Assembly: GCF_006345805.1 (NCBI RefSeq)
Contig: NC_043014.1
Location: 30,690,001 to 30,754,000 of the forward strand
Length of the DNA stretch: 64,000 bases
Source of the DNA: Octopus sinensis
Taxonomy: Eukaryota
Direction of reading: 5' to 3'
The notes below the pieces were generated by a model. The model saw only the letters and a program-made list of their open reading frames with translations, was not told the DNA's origin and made no database searches. The translations under genes were made by a program, and so were the position numbers. Below are positions 24,381 to 37,134 of this stretch, piece by piece. The stretch's first letter is position 1, and each line of letters opens with the position of its first letter.

Positions 24381-25555
24381 TAATTTTTTTTTAAAGTTTT
24401 TATTTGCTATTTATTTTGCTAAATAGAATATTCATATTCTTCAAGAGAGATTTGTGCATAATAAATCCCTATCGTAAAAAGAAAAATGTCAAAACAAGAA
24501 GTAATCACGCTTACAATCCTTATATTCCAGAGACCTTGATATTTCAGTTTCCTCTCTAAATGCCGAGATAGCAAACTTAAAAATAAAAACATGCAGTAAA
24601 TTTATCCAAATATTGTTTGCAAAACAACTCAGTTGTAATGCAAGTAGTTTCATCATTCTAAAATTAAACATTTCAATGAACTTAACACGGTTGTCAGCCG
24701 GCTGGCCTATTTTCTTACACATTATAAAGAACACTTTGTGGATGAAGAACAAGAAAGAAAAAAAAAGAAAGAAAACGTGTTGAGCAGAAAAGGCTTATTA
24801 GATAGCAAGTGGATATTTAGAGGCGTAAAGTGATCTATTCCAATAATTGGTAGAAGAGGGTTCCAAGAGCGGGAAAATAGCCAGAGAAAATCGTTCGCAT
24901 ACCTGCTGATTGAAAATATATCATAACACTTGGTTGTTTAAAGGTCCTGTCGGTTCCTGCAGGTGGTAGACTTGAAAACAATTTGTAAATAAAGTCATGC
25001 GTTTACAAACAACACTTGGGTACGAGATCACACACTAACAAGCGATTCGAATGAGAAGAGTAAAAGAAACTAATGTTATAGAAGAAAATGAAAGTTTGGT
25101 CAAAACAAGAAACAGTCTTCAGTTACATGGTAATCTACCCGGCCAACACGTGGTGGTGTCTGACAGGAGAGCGTTAGAACTGAACGAGGGAATATATAAT
25201 TCCGGTTCATTCATTGTTCTGTCCTTGTTTCCTTAATCTGTGTACTTTTTTCATTCAGTGATGGGATTGGCAATTAGCCTGTCCGCTATTTTTATTTTCA
25301 GACGAGTGATTTTTCAGAAAGTTTGACAGACTTGGTGGAAATACATTCGTTGTTCAGCCTCAAATCAACAGATTGAGGATAGCTATAATCAAAGACGACC
25401 CACTCATGACCAACCCTTCTTATATATCCAGAATACAGTGCCTAATGCGCCCTTTTTAAAGACGGTAGAGTGTGTTTCGAGAGAGGTTTAGCTGAGAATT
25501 TTTTTCCCAATAGATACTCTTCAAAGATATTAAAGGTTATCCCTGTTAGATATAT

Positions 25556-25750
25556 TTCATCATCATCATCATCATCGTTTAACGTCCGTTTTCCGCGCTA
25601 GCACGGGTTGGACGGTTCGACCGGGGTCTGGGAAGCCAGGGGCTGCTCCAGGCTCCAGTCTGATCTGGCAGAGTTTCTACGGCTGGATGCCCTTCCTAAC
25701 GCCAACCACTCCGCGAGTGTAGTGGGTGCTTTTTACGTGCCACCTGCACA
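25556..25750 (-). mobile_element. RTE 3'-terminal (tail-only) copy. Other copies at ~11580, 12230, 30250, 38040, 38640, 39520, 41725, 42460, 46850, 50750, 57175, 57940 and 61805
   Basis: Shared ~190-bp terminus (gcacccactacactc...ggaagggcatccagc...ccaacccatgctagcatggaaa.cggacgttaaac(gat)n) in both orientations. Confidence 0.9.
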
Positions 25751-28700
25751 TAAAAAAAAAAAAATTTTAATATTTATCTATACTTAATTCTATACTAACG
25801 GGAATAATCAGGAAAACTATCATAATTATATAGACTTCATATTTATTTCTAGGTGTTCTTTCTTTATCATCAATATCTGTATTTAATAATTTAGAAATGA
25901 AATGAAAAGATCCATAATTTACCTTGCGCAAGTCTGATAGGATATTGGTACCTGTCAAATGATATTTATATAATACAAAATTTTGTTTTATGACCTGGGA
26001 AAGATTTCAGCACCCCACTCCCCATTTTCTCCCAAATTTGTTTATTTAAAGAATTTTTTTGCCAAAAATCCCCGCTTTCGGATATGGAGGTTCCAGAAAA
26101 TTGCCAAAAATTGGCATTGTGAAAATCCCCCCCCCCCCACTTTCCCCCAACTTCTTCAACTTTGACTTTTTTCCACAACACTAACCCTAAAACCGTAACC
26201 ATAAGTACAGAAATGTTTTGAAATTTTTGTCTGAATCCCGATGTCCATATTTTTCTGCCTATTTAGAAAAGAAAAAATTCTTAAAAAAAATTTTACAAAG
26301 ATTTTTGGAAATTTTTTTCAGAATCATAATCTCCATATTTTTCCGCATATCTTGAGGAAAAAATTCTGTAAAAAATTTAAAATGAAGGAAATAGGCAGAG
26401 GATAATTTAGAAATGTCAGTTTTTGCAAATTTTTTTGCAGATTCATATTCCCCATAGCCGAAAAGTGGGGTTTGTGTGGGAAAAAAAAAAGTTTTACAAA
26501 AGGGTGGGGGGAAGATGTCGTGCCATGACCTGTTCCTTTAATACTGTTGATAATTCCTGTTCTCATAGTAGTACTTCATTTGTGTCATACAAGGTACCAG
26601 CATTTAGGTTATGATTCAAGCACCGATGTCTATTCCACAAATGCCAACTCACAATGGTAATCTAGTGTATGTGTGAAATATATTTCTCTCGATGGTGTAG
26701 CATGGATTTTGGTAGTACCCTTCCTTAGACGTAGCATACCTATGACTACAGGAAACAGCTGTTTTTAAAGTGGCCGCTCTGTGCACGCTACATCATTGAT
26801 TTCATTCTGCAGACTCCACAGATGATCAAGTGAATCACACAAACAAGAAATAGAAACTCGACATCAGTCTCTGTTTCTCTGGGAGTGCAGACTGTCTCAC
26901 CAATCCTTCCTAGAGCCATTCTGTGCACTTTATCTATCTCCCTTTAATTACCTATACCAGTTATGGGCAACCTGTGTCCCACGGGACATTCTGAATGGCA
27001 CACCCAATGAAAAATAACCTTCAATGTTTTCATCAGTACAGTACGTTTGATGATGAACCATGTCTCAATGTGGCCCACAGATCGTAAAAGGTTCCTGACA
27101 TCATATTTAATATGAGCTAACGAGAGATCCTCTAAGTGGTCCCGCAAGAAGTAGCTGCCTAATCTCCCTCGAACCACATTCTAATGTCTTCAAAAAGAAT
27201 ACATTGAATATTTTAGTCTGAGATACACTATTCCACTCCTGACACCATATTTAATACGAACCAACAAGGAATCTCCTGAGTGATCGCTGGACCTGCAAGA
27301 AATAGTTACCAAATCTCCCACAAACTATACCCTATTATCTTTAAAAAAGACACATTGGATAATATGCCCTGAAAATAGGCATTTGATCAAAAGTCTGCTC
27401 AATTTGGGCTTATCTGGGATTAAACAATGACAACAATCATAACAAACACTTCATTCAATCGTTTTCTCCACAAAATTAAAAATCTCTTGAACATTTTCCC
27501 AGGCAATGTCATTCTGCTAAATAATGGTCAACTGTAGTTCAAGCTGTAATTCAACAACATTAAACTCATCAGTACAGAAATTTGCTCGACTAAAGGCAGT
27601 GCTCCAGTATGACCGCAGTCAAATGACTGAAACATGTAAAGAGTATATATATATATAATAAATGCAGAATAAACCACAATTCAAATCAACTGGTCAAGAA
27701 ATAGGATAAGAGCCTGTGATTGTAAACATGGCCTCTAATGAACTGGGAGAGAAGTCAAAAAGGATCGCGACTGGCCACAAAAGAACTTTGATGAAAAAGA
27801 AGCAGAAAAAAAGCTAAAACCAAATGAATGACTGTTTAACAAACACGTTAAACGATCAATTGGATAGATATTTAATCGACTGACTAATAATAAAGGAGTG
27901 GAACTGTGCAAGTGTTATTAATACTGGTATGTGTTATTAATGCTGGCGTAATGACTCTCCCTAGACACAAGAATTTTGCAAACCAAATACAAAAAGAACA
28001 TATTGTAATTTTTATGAAATTATAAATGCCATCCAATTATTTCAGTTAGTTAAGATTAAACTGTAAAATGCATTCTTTTATAATAAAGATTTAGTTTGTT
28101 TAATAACTTATTCACAGACATAGGTGTGCACAGAGGAAATTTGTTTCACAGATAAGTGGTTCTGGGTTTGATGCCACTGCAAATCATCTAGAGCAAATGT
28201 CTGCTGCCAGAGCCTCAGGTTGTTCAATAGCTTATGATTAGAATTTGGGAGACAAAACCTTCACCCAAACCTTCCTGGTTCTTCTTTTATCAGTGCTCTC
28301 ACTCTTCTATTTACTTTCTCAGTTTCATTGCCTCAAATGAACATGCATATCAAAGAGTAGTGAGAACTCTTTAAATCCTATGAGGAATAAGGCAACTTCG
28401 CTAGTGTTGGTGAAAGAGTGGAGACAATGTATGGTTGAGAAAAGGCTTTAGTTTTGTTGAGGACATGATGACCTCTCTAGTGATTCTGCCATGATAAAAT
28501 GCACCCAGTGATAAGAAGAGTATGCTGCCATAGAAAGCAAGTCAAAAGAAAACGAGCAAAATGTGTTCTGACAGGTCTACAAAAGCAGTAACTAAATAAG
28601 AACTGAGTCAGATTGTGATGACTTGTCTAAACCATGCTAGCATGGAAAGTGGGATCAAGATAATGATGAAAATTTTTTTTTTGACCAGGCTATCAGATGT

Positions 28701-31064
28701 TGCTACACATCGCTGGTCACAATGCACTTCACATTGTTTTAGCCTTCAACTGACGGCACCCCGCTGGCTAAGCGAGCAGGCCAACAGAAGAAAGTGTGAG
28801 AGAAAGTTGTGGCAAAAGAGTACACCAGGGATTGCCACCGCCCCCTGCCAGAGCCTCATGGAACTTTAGGTGTTTTTGCTCAATAAACACTCACAATGCC
28901 CGGTCTGGGAATTGAAACTGCGATCCTACAACCGTGAGCCCGCTGCCCCTAACCACTGGGCCATTGTGCTTCCACGATGATGAAATTACTCTGTATATAT
29001 ATATATATGTACACGCAATGTGTATTTACATAGATAAGTCTCTCATTAAAGGTTAAGATTTCATAAAAAAGGATCACTGTCATTATGTTTCTGACCAGAA
29101 CATTTTATCCTTACGTTGCTTCAATTCACTTTGTTACTATGAACAGACACCAAATCCCCTAGGATATATTCAGCTTCAGATCAGAGTCAATTTGTTTTAG
29201 TCTGAATTGTCATTCAATCTGGGTTCTAGTGTTGATTGTGTGCTGTTGGGGTTAGTTTGTAAGCAACATTTCTGTTCTTGTAAAATTCATCCACAAAAGC
29301 TACATGCCACTAGGTGAACTTATGATATCAAGACAAAAGAGCGTGTTTTTCTATATTGATTTGCTTTAGAACAGTGACGCACAAACTTCTTTAGAAGGTA
29401 GTCCACATAATTCATAAGGAAAACTTCATGAACCACCAAATATAAATTTAGTTTTAATTGCATTATGCAACATAGAACATAAATATCCTAAACTAAGAAA
29501 AAGACACATGGAAATTAATTTACTCTTGATTGACTTATATTTTAGATTGTCTTATGTAAAAAAAAAGTTAGTGACTTCCTAGGTCTTGTGAAGATTGCCA
29601 GGACCACCAAAATTTTGGTGTTCTTCATTTAGGTCAAATTGTGTGACACTAATCAAGAAGGGTCTGTGTCTGTTACTTCTGCAGCTTTTGTAGGCCTTCT
29701 GTGACTAGGGAATTTAATGAAGTGAATGTTTCTCTTGAAAATTTGAAGTCAATGACTTCAGGAAAAACATAAGAAGGACTAGGCATAGTGGTTAGTGCAG
29801 GGCCTGGGGTGGAGGACACAGTATAGATCATGAGACACCAGTGAATCGGAATGCCTGAGGCCATTCAAGAATTTGGACCTGGAGATCTCCATTTCCAGTG
29901 ACTTTGAGGGCCATCTCCTAGTGGTGTCAGGCGTCAATGAAGAGCCCTCGACTACAACAAGACGACCAAAGTTTTTTTTTTCCAAGGTCTGTGGTCTCCC
30001 GCCCCTAAGCCCTAGACCATCACCTAATTACCCTTACCTGTATTGTTGCTTAACAACAACAACAATGCCTGAGTGAAAGTTGGAACAAGGTCAGTCAGTT
30101 TCAAGGAGAAGAGGCCGTTATAGTTGCAGTAGAAGAGGCAAGGAGAGGAGACAGCACATTTGTAGGCCAGTGGTCGGGAATATTGGTGAGCAACTTCCTG
30201 CAAACCAGTCCAGTGGTCTTTCTTTGGATGCAGTCTAAGATGTAGATCAACATCATCATTATCATTTAGCATCTACTTTCCATGCTGGCATGGGTTAGAC
30301 AGTTTGATTGAAACTGGTAAGTTATAGGGCTACACTAGGTTCCAATCTGATTTGACATGGTTTCTATGTCTGGATGCCCTTCCTAACACCAACCACTGCA
30401 AGAGTGTAATGCGTGCTTTTACATGTACAAGTTACATGACACTAGCATTGACCATGACAACAATTTCACTTGGATGCTGACGTACTTTTTGCTTTTGAAG
30501 AGAATAACAAAGTCTTTTTGTTAAGATATGTATTTACCTGAAAAAATCCTTGATGATGGTGAGAGCCCAACATTTGAAGCAACCTTGAGGGTTCTAGTCA
30601 ATCATATTTAGCAGGGTGGAACAATCATGTTTTCTTGTTAGGTGTAGCAATTGTCTATGGCTTGAAGGTAACACGACTTGCATGAACCAATTGGAGGATA
30701 TTTTGTGGTTACTTGCCTCATTAAAGATTATAATACAATCTCCCTGAAATTATACCCAATCATCTTGAAAACTGAGGAACATCCATTGTTCAAGAAAGCA
30801 GTGTCTGAAAGAATGGGAGCTATAGCTGGAAAGATTTGATCACAAGCCTGCTCTATCAAATTAGGGCTGAGCTGAATAACTACAACTAATTATATCCCAT
30901 TTTTTAAAATGAGAGAATGATGCTGATGATAAAGCTTCTTTTGCTATTAAAAACTTTTATATATGTACATATATATATATAGAAAGAAATGAGTGGAAAT
31001 TTTACCGTGAGTGTGTTAAATTATAAGGCATTAAGAGAATGACTCTCCCTAGACACAACAGCAC

Positions 31065-31068
31065 ATAT

Positions 31069-31137
<69 letters not shown>

Positions 31138-31138
31138 G
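31065..31138. repeat. (TA)n(GA)n microsatellite
   Basis: Seen directly. Confidence 0.95.
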
Positions 31139-31278
31139 TGGCTATGTGGTAAGAAACCTGCTTCCTAACCACATAGTTCTGGATTCAGTGGCACCTAGAG
31201 GAAGGGCCAACCAAAGCCTTGTGAGTGGATTTGGCTGACAGAAACTGAAAGGCTGTTGTATATATATATATATATATA

Positions 31279-32186
31279 CAGGGTGTAATGGGTAAATTGT
31301 CGCCATATTATATTTTCAATTTCATGCATGCACATTTTTTGCTTTTGATTTTATCAATTACACAGTATAGTAGGGTTAGTTGGGCACTGTCTGTGAGAAA
31401 AACAGCTCCATGACACAATTCACTCTGCCAGAAATTTGGAAACAACATGCTATACTGCTTGGCATTTGCCATGGAAGCTCCAATAAGGACATTTCAGAGT
31501 GTTTGGATGTCAATCTGAGGACAGTGCAGAAAATTTGGAAAATGTTGGATGAGTCTAATGGTGATTATGAAGGTACAGCAGCTCGGAAAACTCACTCTGA
31601 TCATTCTGATAAGAAAACAACTCTTGAATTTGTTGATGAGATCCAGGCCATGATTGACAATGATCCCTCCAAGTCAATCAGGTACATGGGAGTGTCTGAA
31701 TTTCTTATCAGGCAAGTAGTGCATGAAGACATTTAGTATTCCTCATACAAGATGGGAAAGTTCCAATTTTTATCCCAAGCCATCAAGGACAAGAAGAAAG
31801 ACTGTGCTACAAAGCTTTTGAACAGACAATTTCTGTGACCACATCACCCCTAATATATGGCCACCTAATTCCCCAGACTGCATCCCACTTAATTATTATG
31901 TGTAGGGCACAGTGGAACGAGAGACCAACAAAACTCCTTGTTATATCATAGATGAACTGAAGGCAAGAATTAGGGCAGCATTCACCAACTTAAACAAGGA
32001 GACCGTCTAGAAGAGTTGCAAGAAATTCCGAAGTTGCATGGAGGCTGTGGTTGAAGCCAATGGAAATTTTATGGAATAAATTTATTCTTTAGTATTTCAA
32101 GATATTTTGGTAAATATATGTTAAAATGAGATGTCACTGCTATTTCCCTTTTTGCGTAATTTAGACAATTTATTCACTGCACCCTG
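31279..32186 (+). mobile_element. Tc1/mariner (maT/DD37D-like) internally deleted element
   Basis: TA flanks on both sides. Imperfect 23-bp TIRs (cagggtgtaatgggtaaattgtc / rc cagggtgcagtgaataaattgtc). HTH ORF 31380..31736 and WPPNSPD motif at ~31857. Confidence 0.88.
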
Positions 32187-32623
32187 TATACATACATACA
32201 TATATGGAGCAATCAGTTAATGTGTTCAGCTGTTCACCGAAAGGTTGGTGGTTCAGTTCCCCCCAGGGATGATGTGTAACTAATCTGTGAAGGTGCATGG
32301 CCCAGTGGTTAGAGCATCGGGCTCACAATCAAGAGGCAGTGAGTTCGATTCTTGCACTGAGTTGTGTTTTTTGAGTAAGACACTTTATTTCATGTTGCTC
32401 CAGTCACTCAGCTGTAGAAATGAGTTGTGACGTCACTGGTGTCAAGCTGTATTGGCCTTTGCCTTTCCTTTGGATAACATTGATGGCGTGGAGAGGAGAG
32501 TGTGGTATGTATGGGATACTGCTAGTCTTCCCTAAACAACATTGCTTAGATTTGTGTACCGGAAGGGAACTTTTTAGGTGCATCCCATGGTCATTCATGG
32601 TTTATTGACGTAGAAGGTTGGAA

Positions 32624-33007
32624 GGATCTTTTCGGTTTGAACGGCAGTTTTTAACATAATTTCTAGGTAACTAAAAAATTTTAAACTTCGTATACTGGTA
32701 GAATGTGTTTATAAAACATCTTTTTCTCTTGGCTTTATTGAGAATTGTTGTTTTTTTTCTTCAAATTCAACCAGTCACTGACGTCTATTGAGATAAAAAA
32801 CATTGTGCCGTATGAATATGTCCCTCGTTTAAGAAACAGATTGGATTTATTTACATTTGTGAAGAAAAAAAGATACCCTTCCCCCCACCCCTTCCCCTAA
32901 CCCTAAAACAGATTGAAATGCAATAGATCGATACTAGGGTCATAATTATGGGTGACAATTTCATATGACACCGCTAGAAAAAACTGCCGTTCAAACCGAA
33001 AAGATCC
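32624..33007. mobile_element. MITE with 29-bp perfect TIRs and perfect 8-bp TSD
   Basis: GGATCTTTTCGGTTTGAACGGCAGTTTTT at 32624 and its reverse complement ending at 33007. GGTTGGAA on both flanks. Confidence 0.92.
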
Positions 33008-34536
33008 GGTTGGAAATTTTTTCCGTATCGAAGTTCGATAAGCCGAGTGAGTCTTTGAGTCTGTGCTTGTCCCCTCACATCACCGTTTGATAACTGGTGT
33101 TGGTGTGTTTACGTCCCAGTAATATAGCGGTACGACCAAAATGACCCATAGAAATAAGTACTAGGCTTAAGAAATTAGTCCTGAGGTCGATTTGTACGAC
33201 TAAAACCTTTCGAGAGGGGGCTCCAGCATGGCCGCGGTCAAATAACCGAAATAATAAAAGAATAAAAGAATTCTATTTCACTCGTATGTAACTTAGTTTC
33301 CATGGACGATTGAAGGCTTATTATTGTGTCCCTTTGTTCAGAACTCTCTACTGTTACGAATCAATTTTAAAGTAAAACTCTACTTTGCTTTAGTTTTTTT
33401 TTTGGAACTCCACAGCCTACCATGAAAGGATATAATATTCCTTTTTCATTGATATTACTTTGGACTATTTTCTTATGGAATGGTTTGTTCATATATTTTC
33501 CTACTTTAATGATTCCTTTTTTCTTATCCACGTCACCTATCTCTTACATATGATATCTGTTTTACATGAAACTACTTCCCCAAATGTTTCGAAACCTAAG
33601 CCTGTCATACAACCGTAGCCGGATATCGCGTTAATATTTGTCATTATTCATTTTCCTTCCTCTTAATCAATAGTTAAATCAGCATTTTATAACAAATAAA
33701 CTTTATGAACACGTATATATTTACACACAATCGGTTTTTATCAGTTTAAAGATTCATTATACTCACACATACTTAGTTCAATCATAGTTTTATACACAAA
33801 CACACATTTCTGAAAGAGATAAAGAGAGGTGGGGGTGTATGCATAAGTGTGTTTAACAAGACTTTTATTATTATTTATTTGGTTATGGAGTCTCTACTTT
33901 ATTGTCGGCATTTGTTACTTTGTTCTCTCGTGTTTTCAGTCTATAGGTTTCTGATTGTAACAACGTTGCCACGAACCAAGATTTAATCGTTAAATACTAC
34001 GTATTCCTTATAAATGACTAGGCATTACCCTTCAAGTTTTGCTAAAGAATAAACCATACGAGATAACATATGTAGTTGCTCAACCGGTTAGATATAGCAG
34101 TCAAATTTATTTGAAAATAACATACTTTTGTCTCAAAAAAAGCAAACTAAGTTTAAATCGGATTTAGTTTAGTCTGATATGCAAACGCTCGGGATGGGCA
34201 TGTTTAGAAGGCCTTTAATCCTAAGTCTGCTTACATCTGGGGCTAAATAACGTGTACTTGGAAATATATGTTCACATAGGCCTATTTTGCCTTCTTAGGA
34301 GTTAAGGTATATGTCTAGCTTATCTGATTCACTTTTTCTTTAAAATGAGTCACGAGTACTTTATATTTCATTATTAGTTTAACAATAGTATTTTGATTCC
34401 CCTTTGTGTCAAACATTCACAATTTTATTTCGTTTTTTGTTTTCGTTTTCACATTTGCTATAATAATCTTAGATGAAATGAAGACATCTGATTTTTCCCA
34501 TCTTTGAGAAGCTTGTTGTTTTATGATTTCTTTAAA

Positions 34537-34615
34537 ATGAAAGGAAATACAAAGTTCGCCAAAGAAATGACAAAACTTCCTTATTTTGTTATCGTATTTG
34601 CGTTGTTTGTCAAGA
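34537..34615 (+). CDS. NCSTN: Candidate nicastrin exon 1 (signal peptide MKGNTKFAKEMTKLPYFVIVFALFVK)
   Basis: ATG at 34537 (second in-frame ATG at 34567) with a hydrophobic core. Phase-1 donor A|GTGAAC is compatible with the phase-1 acceptor at 48305, giving ...FVK-T-AAIRTKDKIY. Lies in a CpG-retaining zone. Inference only. Confidence 0.45.
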
Positions 34616-34693
34616 GTGAACTGCCCGCTTTTTGCTAGACAGATTTATCAAGTCCACAAGCGGACACTGAACGCTAACACACACACACATATT

Positions 34694-34725
<32 letters not shown>

Positions 34726-35189
34726 CACCAACTTGAGTACTTTTTCTGCTTTGTTTTTTGGGTATACCCAAAAGTATATAACACTTATATTCTAACTTAG
34801 CACTTTCAAACAGAATACAAAATAAGTAACGCGTACGTACAAAAACAAACTACCACGCGCACACACATGCATACATGATTTAGATACAAAAAAGATAATA
34901 AAATTGAAAACAAATTCAATATTTAAACGTCACAACAAAATTCACAAGATATTTGTTACACGTATTTACAACATGGACTTTAGACATGAAACAAAAAGCG
35001 TGCATGTTGGTAGGTGGTGATAGCGAACGAAGAGTCCAAAATGGACTCAGCATTAACAGAAGTCAGTTTTGTTCCACCCTTTAGACAGTACGGTATGTCA
35101 TTTCGTTTAGTTGTGAGAAACTGATTAAAATCCCACACTGATTTCTGCTCCAAGTTGCTTCTATTTTCAAAGGAAACGGAAGATACTGT

Positions 35190-35696
35190 GGTTTAAGCAC
35201 CTCCAACCCCTCATAACTTTTTTTTTATTTTTTGGAATTTCCCAAAAATTCTTGCGGATTTGTATTCCACACTCAGGAATTCATACGATTATATATATAT
35301 GTATATATAAAAGTTTTAAAATTTTGTACCTCTCCCACATAAATCCTAAAAGTTCCACTCTTTTTTGTTTTTATAAAAAATAAGATACGGACAGTCCGAA
35401 TTTTTTGCTAAAATCCCAGCAATGGACCACCCTTGGGTGCATCATCATTCCATTGTGTTTACGACAAGAAAAATATTTTAAAACATCAATACGTGTCACT
35501 GACAAAGAAACAAGGTATCAGGTGGTCGTGAGATGTGCTAAAACAGCTAAATCGCCCTTAAATCTCAAACACAAAGTTTTTTTTTTTTTGCATAATCGTT
35601 TGAATTCCTGTGTGTAGAATACAAATTCGCAAAAATTTTCGGAAAATTCAAAAATATAAGAAAAAGTTATGAGGGAATAAATGGGGTGCTTAAACC
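35190..35696. mobile_element. MITE-like element with ~100-bp imperfect inverted arms
   Basis: ggtttaagcacc...cctcataact...gaattc..acgattat is mirrored at 35590-35696. A related half-copy lies near 53500-53620. Confidence 0.7.
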
Positions 35697-35989
35697 AGAA
35701 TTCCACCAAAGATACTTGTTCTCACCTACCACAAAAATCACTACTTTCACAACCACTGCAAAATAGAAGATCACAATAACTGTCTTTCCAAAATGACACC
35801 AATATAAAAATAATCTCTGTGAGTGACTCATCCAACTGTATTAGCAACTGCTCAATACAATACACTTCCACTGATGGCGATATAAGTGGGTATGGAACAA
35901 TTTGTTGTGAACACAAACTGTTTATTGTTCATTTTCTTTAGCTTTATTGGTTGGCTGAATTGTCATGGTTCTGAGAATCATTATTTAAG

Positions 35990-36560
35990 TTGTTTTTTGT
36001 TTGTGAAAGGGACATTGAGTGCCCTCTGTGACAGGTGATATTGATGCAGTCTTCACCAATTGTGAGATGACAACTGCAGGAAGAACTTGGGTTGATGAGA
36101 ATTCCCATAAATTGATGTTCTGGGGAAGGATGATTAGGTGTGGTACCTGAGGTGTGTTTGAGATGCATTATGGTTGATGAAGACGGGAGATGAGGAAGGG
36201 TGGTATACAGAAGAGAAGAGGCTGCTGTAGCAGAATTCAAATAACAAGAGATAGTGTGTCTGCTGATCAGAAAATGCAGTGTGTTGGTGAGTGGATCATT
36301 GCTGTCACTCAATCAGCTCTCTTTTGGATGTGGTCTGGAATGTATCAGCAACACCGACTCTTGTGTAGGAGCAGTTCGTTATTGTGGATCTCACTTGATC
36401 TTTATAGTGGGTCAGACTGAAGTATATTCTGGGTCCTATAAAGGAAAGTGAGTCTTTAGAGTGCAGTTTTAAGTATGTCATGTAAGTAAGGTTGCTAGGA
36501 AACATCATTAGAGAATGTGAGGCCTACTTTTTGTAGCATCTTTGAGTGGCTGTTTTATGC
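35990..36560 (-). mobile_element. CR1/Jockey-group LINE 3' fragment, decayed
   Basis: Broken frames resembling the C-terminal RT/tail region (QVRSTI..CS, DPLTNTLH.L..R..IS). Inference from remembered family motifs. Confidence 0.55.
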
Positions 36561-37101
36561 AGATGATTGGGTTGATATGGTACTGGGCTACCTGTTGAAT
36601 AGTCAACAGTCTAATCTATAACTATGATTGGTATAATTCACCAATTGTAGACAGTAGCTGCACCATGAGAATTGATAAAGTTCCTCAGTATGTGCCGTTG
36701 AATTCAATTTCTCAATTCCATAGAATCTTGAGATTTGGTATCAAAGATTATTTAGACTTGATTCAGTAGTATTGCAATATCTAGAAGTTGGGCCTGAGAG
36801 TTATTCTAGACACATACTGAATGACTTATAGAACTGACCAAACTTGTTCTCGGCAATAGTAAATGTCAACTCACCTTACCCATGAAGGTTGTCAACTTAC
36901 GCTTATCTTTTTCTATTCTTTTATTTGTTTCAGTCATTTGACTGCAGCCTTGTTTGACCACTGCCTTTAGTTGAACAAATCGACCCCAGGACTTATTCTT
37001 TGTAAGCCTAGTACTTATTCTATCAGTCTCTTTTGCTGAACTGCTAAGTTACAGGGACATGAACACACCGACGCTGGATGTCAAGAGATAGTGGGGGACA
37101 A

Positions 37102-37134
<33 letters not shown>

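Noticed and set aside
26570-27200. Non-repetitive-looking block with a good acceptor at ~26811
   Set aside because: All three frames stop quickly and part resembles a hAT terminus. There is insufficient support for an exon.
32205-32360. tRNA-like sequences (also at 13908, 16551, 19031)
   Set aside because: They have A/B boxes but no complete cloverleaf and run into SINE bodies, so they are SINE heads rather than tRNA genes.
33885-33947. Signal-peptide-like ORF MESLLYCRHLLLCSLVFSVY as nicastrin exon 1
   Set aside because: The available GT donors are phase 0 or 2, incompatible with the phase-1 acceptor at 48305.
35041-35092. ATG-initiated exon with strong phase-1 donor (MDSALTEVSFVPPFRQY|GTATGT)
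   Set aside because: Phase-compatible but has no hydrophobic core. Kept only as a weak alternative first exon.
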